From positions 1 to 31,973 of the forward strand of contig JBBRAE010000031.1 in the NCBI GenBank assembly GCA_038207085.1: DNA of 31,973 nucleotides. The letters run 5' to 3'. Position numbers and translations under genes: made by a program. This DNA is from Armatimonadota bacterium. GTDB taxonomy: Bacteria; Armatimonadota; UBA5829; DTLH01. The notes below the pieces were generated by a model. The model saw nothing but the letters and a program-made list of their open reading frames with translations, was not told where the DNA came from and did not search any database. Below, one piece after another: positions 27,779 through 31,973 of this stretch. Each line of letters opens with the position of its first letter. Position 1 is the first letter of the stretch.

Positions 27779-29005
27779 TCTCGCTCCCCTCCTCAAGGCC
27801 CGTCTCTCCTCGCCTGGGGTAAGGGGAATGCCGAGCATGTTCTTCAGTTTCGTGACGGCGGTCTCGACAGCCGCACGCTGCGCGCTCATCCTGCCGCTGA
27901 TTACGACGCTGCCCTGCCAGATATCGGCATCCCGCGTCCAGTCCACATCGCGCGCAAGCGCCTCTATCAGCCTCTCCCGCTCGGAGCTGGGGTAGTTCCT
28001 GATGTAATATCCCATCCTCCCGATGACGGTCAGGCCCGTTCCGGTGCAGTGAACGAACCTGTGCCGAAGGAGATTGGTGTCCACGGTGCCAAGAGCGGGG
28101 TCACCGGCCCCGAGTATCTGCGACCATTCAGAGTTGGATAAACTGAAGAAGTTGAAGAAATCCACGACGTATTTCATGTGCTCATCAACCGCCTCGCTGC
28201 TCCCAAGCATCTTCGTCATGTCCTTCTTGAGGGACACGGTGGCCTGGGCGGAGTCGCCCGTAAGTATCTCTGCCACCGCGATCCTAAGCTGGTTCAAGGT
28301 GAAGAGGTTGATGCTCGATTTCCCCACGCTTTTCGAGACCTGCTCGACCCTACCACGGAATACCTCGACCTCCCGCTCCACCGCACGGACGAGCCTCGCG
28401 AGCATGTCCCTGTGGTCGTAGGCCGTAAGCAGGCTCTGGGGAACGGGCCGCGATTGCGCGCAGTCATAGAACAACTGATGGATAATCTCCATATCACCTT
28501 CAATCACGATGGTGACGCCGATCCCGTCGCCGCCGAGTGCTTCCTTCTGCATCAGGGCGTTTCGTATTCCCTGCACTCTATGCTGGCCGTCTGTTATGTT
28601 GTAGACGACCGATGTCGGTAAGACCACAACCCCGAGCTTCACCGTCGATGAGGTTTTCGGCACATGGCAGTGAATCGGCTCTTGCAGGCAGAGTGAGAGC
28701 GGCGGCAGCACATAATCATCCTGACTCGTGAGGTAGGCGGTGATGGCCCGATGATGCTCGGGAAGGAGCGGGCGGTTGTAGTGCTCGTGCGCGTCCCCTC
28801 CGCGTGCGAGGTTATCGATCCGCACTCTCTCGGCGATGTACCGGAGCGGGAATGCCGTCGTCATATAGCTCCTCTTGCCTTGACCGTATAGGATAGCCGG
28901 AGCAATGGTTGCCATACTGGTAGCGGCTTCCTCGGCGGCGGCTCTGAATGTGTCTTCATAGGTCTGGTGCTCGACCTGAACTAGGGCCGGGCTTTGCTGT
29001 TCCAT
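27776..29005 (-). CDS. DGQHR-domain protein, DndB family (ParB/sulfiredoxin-like fold)
   Basis: 'NRPL...H..AI..YL....DYVLPPL', 'ITDGQHR..GI..AL', 'QLF.D', 'YDHRD', 'LFTL'. GGAGG SD supports ATG 29005 rather than 29137. Confidence 0.85.
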   Translation of the reverse strand: MEQQSPALVQVEHQTYEDTFRAAAEEAATSMATIAPAILYGQGKRSYMTTAFPLRYIAERVRIDNLARGGDAHEHYNRPLLPEHHRAITAYLTSQDDYVLPPLSLCLQEPIHCHVPKTSSTVKLGVVVLPTSVVYNITDGQHRVQGIRNALMQKEALGGDGIGVTIVIEGDMEIIHQLFYDCAQSRPVPQSLLTAYDHRDMLARLVRAVEREVEVFRGRVEQVSKSVGKSSINLFTLNQLRIAVAEILTGDSAQATVSLKKDMTKMLGSSEAVDEHMKYVVDFFNFFSLSNSEWSQILGAGDPALGTVDTNLLRHRFVHCTGTGLTVIGRMGYYIRNYPSSERERLIEALARDVDWTRDADIWQGSVVISGRMSAQRAAVETAVTKLKNMLGIPLTPGEERRALRRGAR

Positions 29006-29152
29006 TTTCTTGATCCTCCAAGTTACAGTTTCTGGTCTTTCGTCGTTTCGTGCCGGGGACGAGTTATAGGCTCTTTTCTCTCTTCTATCACCTCCCTGAG
29101 GGATGAGAGCCTGATGGGTGAACTGCAACCCCAGCATTACTCGACTGATCTC

Positions 29153-29181
29153 AGAGTAGATCGATTATTTGGCGAAGTCAA
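29153..29181 (-). promoter_or_regulatory. Sigma-70-type promoter for the DGQHR gene
   Basis: TTGACT (29181-29176), 17-bp spacer, TACTCT (29158-29153) on the - strand. Confidence 0.55.
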
Positions 29182-29523
29182 GTCAATTTAGTGTTTTCGA
29201 TCAAGAATTCATTAAGATGGCGTCGATGTGATGACAACGCGATCAAAATATAAGGACTTCTTGCAGGTGTGCCTTCCAGAAACCCTTAAGATACCTAATG
29301 ATGAGCCAGGCTGAGGCGACCAGTCGTCGAAAATGGGCCAAATTCACGGAGAGGAGTAGGCATAGACATGTATCGGCACGGACGAGTAGCCAGCAAACAG
29401 CCTAAATTTGAGCTCAAAATGAGAGTATGCCACGATGATGTTGTTTCGACGCGTACATGACTTGCAAGGCGTTTAGAACACACCATCATCGGGAAGACTC
29501 TTCACGGAAAAGGAGAAAGCACT

Positions 29524-31393
29524 ATGATAGAGACAATGACAGAGACATGGGAGACTGGCGGTCCACCGGGGCTGCGCCAGAAAGACCCGAAGTTTGCGAA
29601 GGTAGCGATCCAGGCCCGCAAGAGCAACAAAACGGAGGGGCGCAGTAAGAGTTTGCGGGGAGCAGGAGGAGTTCTGCAAGAAGGTATGCCAGTACTACGG
29701 GTTTGACCCGGACAACATAAGCATATACGAGGAAGATGAAGGCTATAAAGGGGAGTGGTATTGGCAGGATGCCGAAAGCCGCAATCCGAAGCCCTGGAGG
29801 CCAGTGCTCACCCAACTGGTGAACGACATATTGGCTGAAAAGATAGATGTAGTCGTGGTATGGCGCTCAGACCGCATCGTTCGAGACAGCGGCGTGTGCG
29901 ACTCTCTGATGAAGCTCTTCAGGGCGAAGGGCACTCGTTTCATCTGCGGTAACAGAGATATGGACATAACCTCTGCTACCGGCCTCTACCAGGCGATGGT
30001 AGAGGCTGCCAACAACAGGCGGTATCGCGACCAGACGAGCGAAGACATTATGCGAGACCATGACTTCAAAGCGGCTCTGGGCATGTTCAGTCGCAATCCG
30101 AGCTGCCTTGGTTACCGAAGTAAGGGCAAAGGCAGCCAGGCAGTAGAGGTCATACCTGAAGAGATAGAGTTGGTCAACAGAATATTCAGGCTCTTCGTCC
30201 AGGGAGAGGGCGAAGAAGGCCCCCTCGGCATCAATGCCATCTGTCGGAAGCTTATGGACGAGGGGACGAAGCTAGCTCGCGGTGCGAAGGGGCATATTCC
30301 AAAGCACGAGAACAAAGTCCACACTTCTCAAATACGGACGATACTCAGCAATTGCATGTACATCGGCAGATGGCGGCACAGGGGCAAAGAATACGAGTGC
30401 GACCTGGTGCTTGTTCCTTCCTCCGACGGCACAGATAAGTGGCAGACCGCTGTGCCGGTCGCACTGTATGAAGCTGCGCAGGAGAAGCTCAGGCTTTCAG
30501 ACCGACCAGGGAAGAGGTCTCTTACGAGCGAGCACCTGCTGACGGGCCTGATGGTCTGTGCGCGATGCGGCAGGCCGCTTCAAGTCAACTACAGGCAGTA
30601 TAAGGACAAGGACGGCAATGAGACACGGCCACCGCGTCGGACTTACCTCTGCACCAACTCCAGGCCCCCTGGCTACTGTAAGAAGTGGGGGATGAAGCTC
30701 GTTCAGGAGCCTGTCCTTGATGAGTGGGTGATACAGGAGCTTGCTCCGCTTCTTGAGGCCGAGATACGGGAGATGAGAACCGCATCGGGCAGGGACGCGG
30801 ATGTGCAGACCCTCGCCGAGCTTGAGAGAAAGCTGAAGGAAGCTCGGGAGAAAGAGGGGCCAGCACTTGCTGAGTGTATCAGGACAATGGACAAGGAGCA
30901 GATCGAGATGGTCGCGAAACACCTTCGGGGCGAGCGCGAGCATCTTCAGCGTCGCGCCGAGGAAATCCGAGCCAGGTTCGCCATGCAGGAGACGGTAGCG
31001 CCAGACCTTTCTGCCGCCGACCTTGCAGGAATGCCGAAGGGGGCGGTGAAAGACGCGCTCCGGCGCGCGATCCAGTGGATAGCGGTCGGGAGCGAGGGAG
31101 TGACTGTGCTAACTTCCTGGGGAACCTACATAGGGGCAACATTCCAGGAAATCCCCAAGAGAACGTATTTCAGACCCGACACTCGGCGGGGCATAAACCC
31201 GCCATCACCAGCCGCCTGTCTGCGATGCCCAACATGGCTGCCATCGCCAGAGGACTTTATCAAGGGACGGCGCGACAGTATGGGCAAGAGGGCGGTCGTC
31301 CTTTCCGATAATAAGATATTGCCCGACCCTGCCCAGACGAACGGCGAACCAGTCCAAGATGTGGAGTTATCCATAGAGGTCATAGACCTGTAA
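29524..31393 (+). pseudogene. Large serine recombinase (resolvase + recombinase + Zn ribbon + coiled coil) with one frameshift
   Basis: AAAGGAG SD; 'KVAIQARKS...SKSLR' then, after an extra G in GGGG 29657-29660, 'EQEEFCK...RPVL..LV..I....IDVVVVWRSDRIVRD', 'LGY', 'ILSNCMYIG', 'LLTGLMVCARCG...YLC'. Repaired length ~622 aa. Confidence 0.88.
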
Positions 31394-31426
31394 ACAAATC
31401 GTATCCATCAACAAAGGAGACGAACA

Positions 31427-31714
31427 GTGAAAAGACAGAGCGCACAAACAACGGCCACAGGCCGGTGCGAAACAGCGGCAGGCGAGGCGGAAACATCCTC
31501 GCTTCCGCTGTCACCGGAAGAGCTTGAGGAAATCCGAGCGGCATATCGAGACGGGTGCAGTGGCGAGATAGTCATTGGGATGCGCGGGGAGGAGCGAGTG
31601 ATAACCATGCTTGTTCCCGCACCGGGCTCATGTGACCTCGCGAAGAAGCTGGTGGGACTTGGCTGTGACCGATTCATCAGAGTTCAAAAAGCAGTTAGAC
31701 GTGGTCGCGATTAG
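31427..31714 (+). CDS. Small hypothetical protein downstream of the recombinase
   Basis: AAAGGAGA SD before GTG 31427; 95 aa; starts ~30 bp after the recombinase stop. Confidence 0.55.
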   Translation: MKRQSAQTTATGRCETAAGEAETSSLPLSPEELEEIRAAYRDGCSGEIVIGMRGEERVITMLVPAPGSCDLAKKLVGLGCDRFIRVQKAVRRGRD

Positions 31715-31973
31715 ACGAGCATATTGTCGGACAATCGCCCCGAAAGGGTTCTGTCAGGACTGGTGGGAATTTCGGCGACTTGACGTGTTTGTGCAAATTG
31801 GTTCACTGCTTACGCCGCCACTTTTACCATGCGTCTGGCGTCAGCAGCCATGCAACCCATAAATAGTTGTTGGAATACAATGACAGATTGTAGAAAGTGT
31901 TCTCGGCCTTGAGCCAGTGATATGTTCTCCTTCATGACCGTTCGTTTGCGGAACAATTGACGGATTTCGTCGA

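Larger units (their letters stand above)
22588..31714. mobile_element. Serine-recombinase-associated accessory/defence island (boundaries not defined)
   Basis: Two large serine recombinase genes, GHKL-nuclease, DUF4062 and DGQHR genes, pseudogenes and long intergenic gaps, following housekeeping-like genes. No att sites identified. Confidence 0.6.

Overview
GC-rich bacterial chromosomal window in two parts. Bases 1 to ~21,810 look like host backbone: Gfo/Idh/MocA oxidoreductase, UroD/methyltransferase-fold protein, a STAS + GAF/PAS anti-sigma-kinase + receiver cluster, a PDZ lipoprotein, DAHP synthase preceded by a dense DnaA-box cluster, a hybrid kinase / NtrC-type activator / rpoN / KimA-like transporter / STAS-USP cluster with REP-like palindromes, a duplicated HEAT-like secreted protein, a family 1 encapsulin with no adjacent cargo, a GNAT and a family B DNA polymerase. 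From ~22,500 to ~31,700 is an accessory island: a GHKL ATPase-PD-(D/E)XK nuclease fusion, a DUF4062 gene and partner, and two divergent large serine recombinases, each broken by a single-base frameshift. The recombinases enclose a lone DGQHR/DndB-family gene and a ~650-nt stretch (27,130-27,778) densely packed with hairpins, whose GNRA loops and G-U pairs point to a + strand RNA. That recombinase / structured RNA / DndB module is the best candidate for an undescribed system. All calls come from motif recognition by eye; no database searches were run.
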